A DNA stretch of 64,000 nt from Spirochaetia bacterium (GTDB taxonomy: Bacteria; Spirochaetota; Spirochaetia; DSM-2461). Made by a program: the position numbers and the translations under genes. Under the pieces are notes generated by a model that was not told the DNA's origin, made no database searches, and saw only the letters and a list, made by a program, of their open reading frames with translations. Below are positions 49,505 through 58,773 of this stretch, piece by piece; the stretch's first letter is position 1, and the number at the start of each line of letters is the position of its first letter. Where the stretch lies: positions 1,664,001-1,728,000 of the forward strand of contig OY764216.1 in the NCBI GenBank assembly GCA_963668315.1, read 5' to 3'.

Positions 49505-49611
49505 TATCTTCCGCCCCTGTTTTTCAGTTGTCCATTATAGCCCGGAGGAATATATCGGGCAATTCTCTCGGGCAAATTCCTCCGCGAACCGCAGTTCTCA
49601 TGATGTTTTTC

Positions 49612-49664
49612 TTGACAACTATTCAGATCTTGCCTTAGAATATTGATGCGTGAACGGTAACGCA
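49612..49664 (+). promoter_or_regulatory. Sigma-70 promoter plus LacI-type operator of araB
   Basis: TTGACA-18-TAGAAT followed by TGCGTGAACGGTAACGCA. Confidence 0.6.
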
Positions 49665-49722
49665 GACGGTTTACCGATTATAATAAACTCAGAACTTTCA
49701 GCTGAGGAGCGGGAGCAGAGCT

Positions 49723-51366
49723 TTGGAAAAGAATTATGTTATAGGAATAGATTACGGTTCCGATTCGGTAAGGGCCCTGCTTCTTGACAGTGCCGACGGG
49801 CGCGAACTGGGAGAATCGGTTTTCTATTACCCCCGCTGGATGGAGGGGCAATACTGCGATCCCGGAAAGAACCAGTTCAGACAGCATCCCGGCGACTATC
49901 TGGACGGCCTGGAATATACCGTAAAGGATGTTCTCGGACAGGCGGCCGGATCGGCAGAATATGTGCGCGGCATCGCCGTGGATACGACGGGCACGACCCT
50001 CTGCGCCGTGGACAGAGAGGGGACGCCCCTGGTTTTCAAGGAGAAATGGAAGGACAATCCCCACGCCATGTTCGTTCTCTGGAAAGATCATACGGCCATC
50101 AAGGAAGCGGCCGAAATCAATGCCCTCATAGAAGGGGGCGCCTTCGATGACTATACGCGCTATACCGGCGGGGTTTACTCCTCCGAATGGCTATGGGCCA
50201 AGATCCTTCATCTCCTCAGGGAAGAGGAGGACTTGAGAAAGGAAGCCTACTCCTGGGTGGAGCATTGCGACTGGATTCCCGCCGTTCTGACGGGGAATAC
50301 CAGGCCGGAGTCGATGTACCGCTCCCGCTGCGCGGCCGGACATAAGGCAGCATGGCATGAGGAATTCGGCGGGCTGCCGTCGGAGGAGTTCCTCTCCGCC
50401 GTGGATCCCCTTCTCGCCGGCGTGCGTGCAAGATTATACGAAAGGACGGAAACGGCGGAGAAACGGGCCGGTTTCCTCTGCCCCGAATGGGCGGAAAAAC
50501 TCGGTCTGAGTACCGGTGTGGTCATAGGGGGCAGCGCTTTCGACTGCCATATGGGAGCTGTCGGAGGGGGAATCCGCCCCTTCGATCTCTGCAAGGTTGT
50601 CGGAACGTCCACCTGCGATATCATGGTGTCTCCCTACGATTTTATGAAAGACCGCGCGGTGGGAGGCATCTGCGGCCAGGTCGACGGTTCCGTTCTGCCC
50701 GGCATGGTGGGACTGGAAGCCGGTCAGGCCGCCTTCGGCGATATCTATGCCTGGTTCAAGAGGATTCTTCTCTGGCCGCTGGAAGAGTTCCTCGATGACG
50801 ACGAGCAGAAAAAGGCCATCCGAAAGAAACTGCTTCCCCGGATCGAGGAAGTAGCCTCCGGACTGCCGCCCGAGGAAAATCTGGTGGCCCTGGACTGGAT
50901 GAACGGCCGCCGGACTCCCTGGACCGATCAGAGTCTCCAGGGAGTTGTGGCGGGGATCAACCTGGGGACCGATGCGCCTCGGTTCTACCGGTCTCTGGTG
51001 GAGGCCACGGCTTTCGGCGCCCGGAAAATCATGGAGCGTTTCATGGAGGAGGGCATGGAGATCCGCAGGGTCATTGCCATCGGTGGGGTTGCCAAAAAGT
51101 CGTCCTTTGTCATGCAGATTCTCTCAGATGTGATGAACAGGCCCATTCTGGTGGCCGAATCGCTTCAGGCTGTAGCCCTCGGATCGGGCATGTTCGCCGC
51201 CGTGGCGGCCGGGATTTACGGAACGCTGGAAGAGGCCCAGAAGGCCATGGGGTGCGGGTTCGCCGCCCGTTATGAGCCTCGGCCGGATTGGACGGACCAT
51301 TATCAAAAAATGTTTTGTAAATATGAAAAACTAAGCCGATTGCTGGACGAAAAGTACTTTCACTAG
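49723..51366 (+). CDS. araB: Ribulokinase
   Basis: GIDYGSDSVRA, QFRQHP.DY, LWKDHTA, YSSEW, RSRCAAGHKA, LDWMNGRRTP; TTG start. Confidence 0.9.
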   Translation: MEKNYVIGIDYGSDSVRALLLDSADGRELGESVFYYPRWMEGQYCDPGKNQFRQHPGDYLDGLEYTVKDVLGQAAGSAEYVRGIAVDTTGTTLCAVDREGTPLVFKEKWKDNPHAMFVLWKDHTAIKEAAEINALIEGGAFDDYTRYTGGVYSSEWLWAKILHLLREEEDLRKEAYSWVEHCDWIPAVLTGNTRPESMYRSRCAAGHKAAWHEEFGGLPSEEFLSAVDPLLAGVRARLYERTETAEKRAGFLCPEWAEKLGLSTGVVIGGSAFDCHMGAVGGGIRPFDLCKVVGTSTCDIMVSPYDFMKDRAVGGICGQVDGSVLPGMVGLEAGQAAFGDIYAWFKRILLWPLEEFLDDDEQKKAIRKKLLPRIEEVASGLPPEENLVALDWMNGRRTPWTDQSLQGVVAGINLGTDAPRFYRSLVEATAFGARKIMERFMEEGMEIRRVIAIGGVAKKSSFVMQILSDVMNRPILVAESLQAVALGSGMFAAVAAGIYGTLEEAQKAMGCGFAARYEPRPDWTDHYQKMFCKYEKLSRLLDEKYFH

Positions 51367-51384
51367 GGATATACCGATTTAAAT

Positions 51385-51430
51385 TTGACATAATCGGGTA
51401 GGAATATTACAATGCGTTATCGAACACGCG
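51385..51430 (+). promoter_or_regulatory. Sigma-70 promoter plus LacI-type operator of the second FGGY kinase
   Basis: TTGACA-17-TACAAT followed by TGCGTTATCGAACACGCG. Confidence 0.65.
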
Positions 51431-51453
51431 ATTTAGGACAAAGGGGAAAAATC

Positions 51454-53055
51454 ATGAGTGATGTAAAACAGACTGCCGCAATGATAGAAAACGGGCAGGC
51501 CGTGGTGGGCATAGAAATGGGATCCACCCGTATTAAAGCCGTTCTTATCGGACCGGATAACAGTCCGCTGGCCTCGGGAGGTCACGGCTGGGAGAATTCC
51601 CAGGTGGATGGTATCTGGACCTATCCGCTGGATGAGGTGTGGGAAGGCGTATCCTCCAGTTTTGTAAATCTGGCTAAAAATGTAAAGGAAAAATACGGCG
51701 TCTCCCTGACGAAATTGAAAGCCCTGGGATTCAGCGGCATGATGCACGGCTACATCGTTACCGATAAGGATGAGAAGCAGCTTGTTCCTTTCAGAACCTG
51801 GCGGAACAATATAACTGGCCAGGCTTCCGAAGAACTGGCGGAGCTTTTCAACTATCCCATTCCCCAGAGATGGAGCGTGGCCCATCTTTATCAGTCTATC
51901 CTCAATGGAGAGGAGCATGTGGGAAAAATCGATTATCTGACCACCCTGGCCGGATACGTCCACTGGCGCCTTACGGGAAGGAAAACCATGGGTATCGGAG
52001 AGGCTTCCGGAATGTTTCCCATCGACCTGAATACCAATGATTTTAACGAAGCCATGTGCGCCAAATTCGACGAGCGGGTCAGGGACAAGGGTTTCTCCTG
52101 GAAGATCAAAGAGATTCTTCCCGAGGTGCTTGTCGCCGGAGAGGAAGCGGGAGTGCTGACCGAAGAGGGGGCCCGGCTTCTTGATCCCACGGGAGCTCTG
52201 CAGGCAGGTATTCCCGTCTGTCCCCCCGAGGGCGATGCGGGAACGGGAATGGTCGCCACCAACAGCGTGGCGGTCAGGACGGGAAATGTCTCGGCCGGTA
52301 CTTCCGTTTTCGCCATGATCGTTCTGGAAAAGGAACTATCCCGGCTGCACCATGAGCTGGATCTGGTCACCACGCCCGACGGCCACCTGGTGGCCATGGC
52401 CCACTCGAACAACTGCAGTTCCGACTACGATGCCTGGATGAATCTCATCGGAGAGGCTGTGGAGGCCCTGGGACTGGAAGTCTCCAAACCCAAACTGTAT
52501 GACACGCTTCTTGAGCAGTCCCTCAAGGCCGATCCGGACTGCGGCGGTCTATTGAGCATCGGCTATGTCTCCGGCGAGCACATGACGGGATTTACCGAAG
52601 GGCGACCCCTGTTCGTCCGTTCTCCCGAGGGGAATTTCAATCTGGCCAATTTCATGAGATCCCACCTGTTCACCGCGCTCTGCGCCGTCCGTACGGGGCT
52701 GAATATCCTCTTTGACGAAGAGGGCGTGGAAGTGGATGAAATCCGGGGCCACGGGGGATTTTTCAAAGCCGCCGAAGTGGGGCAGAGAATCATGGCCGCC
52801 GCGACCAACACGCCCATTTCCATTCTGGAAACGGCGGGGGAAGGCGGCGCCTGGGGTATAGCCCTCCTGGCTTCCTATATGGTCAGGGATGATAAAAATC
52901 AGGATTTTCCCACCTTCCTCTCCGACGTATTCAAGGGAAGCATGGGGGCGGCGGTCAAGCCGGATCAGACCGATGCCGAAGGTTTTCAGAAATTCTTCAC
53001 CCGCTATCACCAGGGGCTGGAGATTGAACGAGCGGCCATAAAGAATCTTATTTAA
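51454..53055 (+). CDS. FGGY-family pentulose kinase (alternative L-ribulokinase/xylulokinase type)
   Basis: [59 protein letters not shown]. Confidence 0.85.
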   Translation: MSDVKQTAAMIENGQAVVGIEMGSTRIKAVLIGPDNSPLASGGHGWENSQVDGIWTYPLDEVWEGVSSSFVNLAKNVKEKYGVSLTKLKALGFSGMMHGYIVTDKDEKQLVPFRTWRNNITGQASEELAELFNYPIPQRWSVAHLYQSILNGEEHVGKIDYLTTLAGYVHWRLTGRKTMGIGEASGMFPIDLNTNDFNEAMCAKFDERVRDKGFSWKIKEILPEVLVAGEEAGVLTEEGARLLDPTGALQAGIPVCPPEGDAGTGMVATNSVAVRTGNVSAGTSVFAMIVLEKELSRLHHELDLVTTPDGHLVAMAHSNNCSSDYDAWMNLIGEAVEALGLEVSKPKLYDTLLEQSLKADPDCGGLLSIGYVSGEHMTGFTEGRPLFVRSPEGNFNLANFMRSHLFTALCAVRTGLNILFDEEGVEVDEIRGHGGFFKAAEVGQRIMAAATNTPISILETAGEGGAWGIALLASYMVRDDKNQDFPTFLSDVFKGSMGAAVKPDQTDAEGFQKFFTRYHQGLEIERAAIKNLI

Positions 53056-53078
53056 GGGTTCTCTGATCTGCTGTGCAG

Positions 53079-53106
53079 GCCCGGGGCGAATGTCCCGGGC
53101 TTTTTT
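53079..53106 (+). terminator. Intrinsic terminator
   Basis: GCCCGGG...CCCGGGC stem followed by T6. Confidence 0.85.
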
Positions 53107-53117
53107 ATGGCGAGGGG

Positions 53118-53690
53118 CTACTGCCGGTCGGAGCCCAGCCGTCTGACTTCACCCGTTTCCAGATGGGTGAGGGAGCGGTGGTACCGGGGGTCCTTTCCTT
53201 CAAACCAGGCTTGCCCCAGCTGAAGGGCGTCGCCGTGGGATACGAGGATAATATCCCTGCCCGAGAAGCGGGATTCAAGATCTTCTATCAGAGAGGCAAT
53301 GCGGGCCGTTACTTCCCTGGGCGATTCCACCCCTTCCTTTTTGTTGTCCCCGTCCTTTTCGTCTTCCTTCCATACCAAAGCGTAATTGCTGTCGTCCCTG
53401 CCGTCATAGGCGCCGAAGAACCTCTCCCTTAACCGGGCATCCTCCCGGGGAGCGGCGCAGTTAAGGATACGGGAGGCAACGGCCGCCGTTTCCCTGGCCC
53501 TTACGAAATCGGATGTTATGATCAGAGTCTCTTCTCCCAGGCTGGAGCGGCTGACTCCCTCTTCCACCTGACGGCGGCCCTGGGCGGTGAGACCCCACCT
53601 TTTTGTCCCTTCATCGGGATGGCTGATGATCCGCCCCGCTTCATTGGCTTCGGAGCGGCCGTGGCGAAGAGCGTAATACCGATTATTCAA
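53118..53690 (-). CDS. Histidine phosphatase (phosphoglycerate mutase family)
   Basis: LRHGRS, SDFVRARETA, LRERFFG, VSHGD. Confidence 0.9.
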   Translation of the reverse strand: MNNRYYALRHGRSEANEAGRIISHPDEGTKRWGLTAQGRRQVEEGVSRSSLGEETLIITSDFVRARETAAVASRILNCAAPREDARLRERFFGAYDGRDDSNYALVWKEDEKDGDNKKEGVESPREVTARIASLIEDLESRFSGRDIILVSHGDALQLGQAWFEGKDPRYHRSLTHLETGEVRRLGSDRQ

Positions 53691-54477
53691 GACCGAATCC
53701 CTCTCTCTTAATTCTCTGATTGAAGTACATATTTACTGCGAAGCAGCTCTGGAGCCCGATGGATAAAATGACCACAGGGAGACTCAGGATGTAGTACAGA
53801 ATCGTGGATGCCATGCTGCCGCTGTTGCTCAGGAAAAGGCGCAGGATCCATTCCACCAGCTGGGAAGAGATCATATCCATGCCGATGAAAATCAGCCAGA
53901 ATACGATCCAGTAACCGGCCATCTGGAAGAACTCGCCCCGGATAAGAAGAAAAGAGCGCCTGAGACTTTCCCGGGGGGAACACTCCTCGAAAATGAGAAC
54001 CGGGTAGAGGAGGGACAAAAAGAGAGCGGCTACAAGGGCGCCGACTATCAGCACGAGAAATCCTCCCATGATTATCAGCGAAGAGAGGAGAGTTGCCAGC
54101 AGGATGGGAACGAATCTTTCAAGCCCTTTTTTTAGGGATGACGGAAGGTGCCAGTCATCTTCCCGGAGAAAAAAGGATTTGACGGCAATATCGTTTACCA
54201 TAAACTGGAAAAGGGGAGAGATCAGTATGATCAGGAGAAGGGAAAGGAAATAGGGCCCACTCTTAAAAGAGGAGAGCAGATCTTCCGTCATCTGGGCCGA
54301 TGCTGATACGGCGGAGAAAAACTCGCTGTTGGCGCTAAACATGTACTCCATGAGAGCCGTGGTAACGGCGGAGTACAAAGCCACGGGAATGAGAAAGCGG
54401 GAATAGTTCTTCAGGGTCATGCGAAAGGAGTGATCCAGCAACTGTCCCAGCTTATGGGGCTGTAGTGTTGTTTCCAT
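53683..54477 (-). CDS. Multi-pass membrane protein
   Basis: 5-6 TM helices, ESLRRSFLL motif, YFNQRIKREG C-terminus. Confidence 0.7.
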   Translation of the reverse strand: METTLQPHKLGQLLDHSFRMTLKNYSRFLIPVALYSAVTTALMEYMFSANSEFFSAVSASAQMTEDLLSSFKSGPYFLSLLLIILISPLFQFMVNDIAVKSFFLREDDWHLPSSLKKGLERFVPILLATLLSSLIIMGGFLVLIVGALVAALFLSLLYPVLIFEECSPRESLRRSFLLIRGEFFQMAGYWIVFWLIFIGMDMISSQLVEWILRLFLSNSGSMASTILYYILSLPVVILSIGLQSCFAVNMYFNQRIKREGFGLE

Positions 54478-54615
54478 AGTCCTATCATAGACTATTTTTA
54501 TAGCCGGGGGAAGACAGATTCAAGGCGGATGGGTTATACTGAAACAGTAAACACGCAACTTAAGGCCGGCGGTAGTCCTGCTGCCTGTCAGGCCATACAA
54601 CCAAAGGAGACATAT

Positions 54616-55668
54616 ATGTCCTATGTAATCGGCGGAATACAGCAGCTGGGAGTGGGGACGCCCGACGAAAACAGATCCTGTGACTGGTATGCCCGGGTTT
54701 TCGGCATGACGACGCCTATCTTCAGAGAAGCCGCGCCTGCCCCCTTTATGACCCGTTATACGGGAGGGGAAGTTCAGTCACGCTCGGCGACACTTGCCAT
54801 CAACCTCCAGGGGGGCAGCGGTTTTGAGATATGGCAGTATACCAGCCGTAAGTCCGCACCTCCGGAATTTACCATTCAGGCCGGTGATCTGGGAATCCTC
54901 TACGGAAAGATCAAATCCTCCGATCTCGAGGGAGCCTTCGCCCGCATGAAAAAGGAAGGGGTGGAGATCCTTTCCGGGAAAATCATGTCCCTTCCCGACG
55001 GCAGGGGATGTTTTTATATCAGGGACCCCTGGAAGAATATCTTTCAGATTCTGGAGGATAATGATTTTTTCCAGAAGGGAAAATTCCCCACCGGCGGCCC
55101 TTGCGGTGCCGTCATCGGCGTTTCCGACTGCGACAGGGCCATGACTTTCTACAGGGAGATCCTCGGCTATGATCTGGTCATAGAGGACAGTAAGGGGCAT
55201 TATGATGATCTCGAGGCTCTGCCCGGAGGCGAGGGTGAGTTCAGGAGAGTTCTTCTGAGCCATTCCCAATCTCCCAGCGGGCCCTTCGCTCCCGTTTTCG
55301 GAACCAGTTATATAGAACTGATCCAGGCTCTGGACAGAGCCCCCGTGAAAATCTTCAAGGACAGATTCTGGGGGGATCAGGGATTCATTCATCTCTGCTT
55401 TGATATCCTGGGAATGGAGGATCTGAAAAACGCCTGCGAGAAAGCGGGACACCCCTTCACGGTAGACAGCGCCGACTCTTTCAACATGGGCGAGGCGGCA
55501 GGACATTTCACGTATATTGAAGATCCTGACGGAGCTCTGATCGAGTTTGTGGAAACCCATAAGATCCCCCTTCTGAAAAAATTGAACTGGTATCTGGATC
55601 TCAGGAAAAGGGAGGGGAAGCCTCTTCCCAGGTGGATGCTCAAAATGCTTAAGACCAATAAGTATTAG
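54616..55668 (+). CDS. VOC/glyoxalase-family protein (tandem domains)
   Basis: GIQQLGVG, FEIWQY, GFIHLCFD, YIEDPDGALIEFVE; AAGGAG RBS. Confidence 0.85.
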   Translation: MSYVIGGIQQLGVGTPDENRSCDWYARVFGMTTPIFREAAPAPFMTRYTGGEVQSRSATLAINLQGGSGFEIWQYTSRKSAPPEFTIQAGDLGILYGKIKSSDLEGAFARMKKEGVEILSGKIMSLPDGRGCFYIRDPWKNIFQILEDNDFFQKGKFPTGGPCGAVIGVSDCDRAMTFYREILGYDLVIEDSKGHYDDLEALPGGEGEFRRVLLSHSQSPSGPFAPVFGTSYIELIQALDRAPVKIFKDRFWGDQGFIHLCFDILGMEDLKNACEKAGHPFTVDSADSFNMGEAAGHFTYIEDPDGALIEFVETHKIPLLKKLNWYLDLRKREGKPLPRWMLKMLKTNKY

Positions 55669-55671
55669 GGC

Positions 55672-55700
55672 AAAAAAAAGCCGGTCTTATACCGGCTTTT
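55672..55700. terminator. Bidirectional intrinsic terminator
   Basis: AAAAGCCGGT/ACCGGCTTTT stem flanked by A8 and T4. Confidence 0.85.
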
Positions 55701-55862
55701 GTGCTGATCGGTGTTGCTTCACAGGGAAGGTCGCCGATTCAGTTCTCATTCAATTACCGTATCTATTCAGTAGATCCGGCTTGAATATATAATTGTCTTC
55801 CCGGGTCTTCCGGGTCTGCATCTTGGGTGGATTTGACAACTATCACCTCCCCTCTTATGCAT
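55672..55862 (-). ncRNA. Candidate small transcript (sRNA or 29-aa peptide mRNA)
   Basis: TTGACA-17-TAAACT promoter (55897-55869), GGAGGTGA, terminator with U8. Confidence 0.4.
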
Positions 55863-55970
55863 ATTATAAGTTTAGCCCTTGATTGACGGGATGTCAATTT
55901 TTTATGAAAAAAAACATAAAAATATTTTGAATCAAACCGCGGCTCTCCGCGGAGAAACAAGGAGTAATGG

Positions 55971-56471
55971 ATGAAGAAGACAGTTATGGCGTTTCTGATG
56001 TTTGCGGTCCTGGCTGCCCTGGCGGGAGCTCAGGAAATCACCGGTTACTGGAAGACTATCGATGATGTCACGGGAGAGGTGAAATCCATCTGCGGTGTCT
56101 ATGAAAAGGGCGGGAAGGTCTACGGAAGGATTCTGGCCATCTTCGAGGAAGGGGCATACCTGGAGGATTACCGCCGGCCTGCCAAAGTGGCCGAGGAAGT
56201 CCCGGGCGCTCCTTTTTATTGCGGTCTTGATTTCATCTGGGATATGGAGCTTAAGGGGAGCAGCTACAAGAAGGGCTCCATCATGGATCCCGAGAACGGC
56301 AAGGTGTACGCCTGTGAAATCTGGCGTGAGGGAAGCAATCTGATGGTTCGGGGCAAAATCGGTCCCTTCGGGAGAAACCAGACCTGGGTGCCCGTGGACG
56401 GTTCGGAGGGGTTGCCTGCCGATCTGACTCTGCCCTCCCTGAGCAGTTTCACTCCGGTTATTCCCCGGTAA
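55971..56471 (+). CDS. DUF2147-family exported protein
   Basis: Signal peptide, GYWKTIDD, G.IMDPENGKVY.C, VRGKIGPFGRNQTW. Confidence 0.88.
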   Translation: MKKTVMAFLMFAVLAALAGAQEITGYWKTIDDVTGEVKSICGVYEKGGKVYGRILAIFEEGAYLEDYRRPAKVAEEVPGAPFYCGLDFIWDMELKGSSYKKGSIMDPENGKVYACEIWREGSNLMVRGKIGPFGRNQTWVPVDGSEGLPADLTLPSLSSFTPVIPR

Positions 56472-57861
56472 AGTCCCTGCCCCGGTATTTTTTCAGGGGC
56501 AGCATTTTCATCGTTCCCGGCTGGGCGAAAGACCGGGAGCGGGATTCGGACAGAATTGCCGTCATCCGGCGGATTTTCTCCGAGTTCAAAAGGCCGCACA
56601 GATATTCCGCCTCTTCCCGGGAGTCGCAGGCTATATAGGCATGCATGGCCTGGTTGGGAATGGCATCGGTGATCACCGCCGCTTCCAGTCTTTTCGCTCC
56701 CATGGCACGCCAGATGACTTTATAGGGCGCAAACGTATAGGGTCCGATGCCGAAGAGGGCATACCAGTTTTTCCGGGCAAAGCGGGATTTCCTCCCTTCC
56801 AGCTTCTTCCTGCAGGAACAGAGATAGCGCCATGCCCGGGGATAGGACTCCGCAAGATCTCCCTCGGTCAGAAGTTCTCCCCTTTGTGAATAGGGAAGAA
56901 GCACCCACCGGCTTGCTTCGGCCCTGTTCTCCTCCACGTCCCCGCTCCTAAGAAGGGGGCGGATCAGCTCCTCTTCCAGATCCGGCTTACGGTCGAAGAA
57001 GAAGACACCATTGGCTCCCAGGGTGTTGATCCCCTGTCTGATGGAGTACTCCGAGCCCTGCTCCAGGGAGAGGTCCTCCTCGATAAGCAGGCCGTTTTTT
57101 CTGATGAGGAAACTCTCTTCTTTCTCCTTCTCATAGGGCAGGGGATAGATCGTTTCTCCTCCCCGTGTTCCCATGATATAAAAACAGCTGCGGTTCGTAT
57201 GGAGGAAGGCGTCGGTATGGGAGATATCCACGATCCGCTCCACCGAGATTCCCCTGAATTCCCTGAAGTTTTCCGTGGCCCGGTTTCCCTTGATCAGGGA
57301 GTTGGGAAGGATAACGGCGAATCGGCCCCCTTTCCGGAGATAGGTATTAAGGGAGTGGTAGAATACCAGGGCGGCAATATCTCCCCGGCTGTCCCCCAGA
57401 AGGAGGGAGAAGCCCTTCTGAACGGGCAGATAACCGGTCCAGAGAGGTTTGATCTCCTCGCGGTAGGATTCGGGAAGATCGGCATAATTGATGAAGGGCG
57501 GATTGCCCAGGTAGAGATCGCAGGGGGGAATGGGGAATGTGTCCAGGAGAATATCTCCCTGGAAGAAATGCAGGTTTTCAACCCTGTCCAGAAGGGGGGC
57601 CAGGGCTTCGAAAATCGCCGGATTCCTCTCCACCCCGTAGAATGTTTTCTCCGGAAAACGGCGTGCCAGGGGCAGGAGGAAATTGCATGATCCCGCCGTC
57701 GTATCCACGACGGAATTAATCTGAGAGAAATCTATGCGCTGGCAAATTTCCTCCACCACATGGGGTGCGGTAAAGAAAATCCCCTCCTCCAGCTTTGTCT
57801 TCCGGTCAATCCGGCTCTCTATGGAGGATATGTCCACCTGGTCATCCGTCGTTGGCATCAC
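56458..57861 (-). CDS. N6-adenine DNA methyltransferase (gamma class, TaqI/Eco57I-like), orphan
   Basis: FFTAP (X), VDTTAGSCNFL (I), GNPPF (IV), GGRFAVILPNSL (VI), C-terminal TRD with YLCGLLNS. Confidence 0.8.
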   Translation of the reverse strand: MMPTTDDQVDISSIESRIDRKTKLEEGIFFTAPHVVEEICQRIDFSQINSVVDTTAGSCNFLLPLARRFPEKTFYGVERNPAIFEALAPLLDRVENLHFFQGDILLDTFPIPPCDLYLGNPPFINYADLPESYREEIKPLWTGYLPVQKGFSLLLGDSRGDIAALVFYHSLNTYLRKGGRFAVILPNSLIKGNRATENFREFRGISVERIVDISHTDAFLHTNRSCFYIMGTRGGETIYPLPYEKEKEESFLIRKNGLLIEEDLSLEQGSEYSIRQGINTLGANGVFFFDRKPDLEEELIRPLLRSGDVEENRAEASRWVLLPYSQRGELLTEGDLAESYPRAWRYLCSCRKKLEGRKSRFARKNWYALFGIGPYTFAPYKVIWRAMGAKRLEAAVITDAIPNQAMHAYIACDSREEAEYLCGLLNSEKIRRMTAILSESRSRSFAQPGTMKMLPLKKYRGRDFTGE

Positions 57862-57936
57862 CCGTCAGGATAGAGCAGCCGGGCGGAGCTGTCAACATCC
57901 TCTTGATTCCCCGGGCCGGGGCTGATACTATTCCCC

Positions 57937-58773
57937 ATGGCCGTTCCCTTTTATAAAAACAAATTAGAAAGCCGGGAAATCACCGGGCCTTCCCTGTGGG
58001 CGGAATATATGCTCAGCCGGGGCCGGTTCGAAGATTTTCATCCCCCGGAGATCATGTTTCTCCTCTGGCAGAAGCCCCTTTTCAACTGGATCAAGTCCCG
58101 CTACTCCCACATCCGGCAGAACGGCTTTCAGGGGGAGACCATTCTTCTCGACGGAACACTCTCCCATGAGAAGAAGACCGTGGAACCCAGAATCGGAGTT
58201 TCCTGCGGATTCGGCATAGGCGGCCCATCCGCCGTCCTGGCCATGGAGGCTTTCGCCGCTCTGGGGGTCACCCGCTTCATCGGTCTCGGAACCGCTGGCG
58301 GTCTCCTGGGCCAAGAGGAGTTGAGTCTGCCCTACGGGGACAGAACCGTTAAAACGGGGGATATTATTCTTCCCGACCGGGCTGTCCGGGATGAAGGTAC
58401 CAGCTACCATTATCTGGAGGACGGAGAGGATGCGGTTCCCGATGGGGAAGAAAGGGTGAGACTGGAAAATCTTTTAACCGACGAAGGGCTTACCTGCAGA
58501 AAAGGCCTTATCTGGACGACCGATGCCTTTTTCCGGGAAACCGAAGGAGAGATCGACGCCTATCTGAAGCAGGGAGCCCTGGCCGTTGATATGGAAGCGG
58601 CCTCCCTGTATGCCTGCGCCCGGAAGAGGGGACTGTCCGCCGCTTCGCTTTTCGTCATCAGCGATATCCTGACACGGGAGGGCTGGGCTCCCGAATTCCA
58701 TCATGTTAATATCATGACGACTATGAAGCGGCTTTTTGAGATCAGCTCGGGCCTCTCTCAGACAGGGGGCTGA
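57937..58773 (+). CDS. Nucleoside phosphorylase (PNP/UDP family)
   Basis: GIGGPSA, IGLGTAGG, RDEGTSYHY, WTTDAFFRET, VDMEAA. Confidence 0.9.
   Translation: MAVPFYKNKLESREITGPSLWAEYMLSRGRFEDFHPPEIMFLLWQKPLFNWIKSRYSHIRQNGFQGETILLDGTLSHEKKTVEPRIGVSCGFGIGGPSAVLAMEAFAALGVTRFIGLGTAGGLLGQEELSLPYGDRTVKTGDIILPDRAVRDEGTSYHYLEDGEDAVPDGEERVRLENLLTDEGLTCRKGLIWTTDAFFRETEGEIDAYLKQGALAVDMEAASLYACARKRGLSAASLFVISDILTREGWAPEFHHVNIMTTMKRLFEISSGLSQTGG

Noticed and set aside
54560..54615. VOC gene leader sharing CAACCAAAGGAGA with the modA leader
   Set aside because: The similarity is limited to the RBS context and lacks the GGTTACT and GCCTATG parts.
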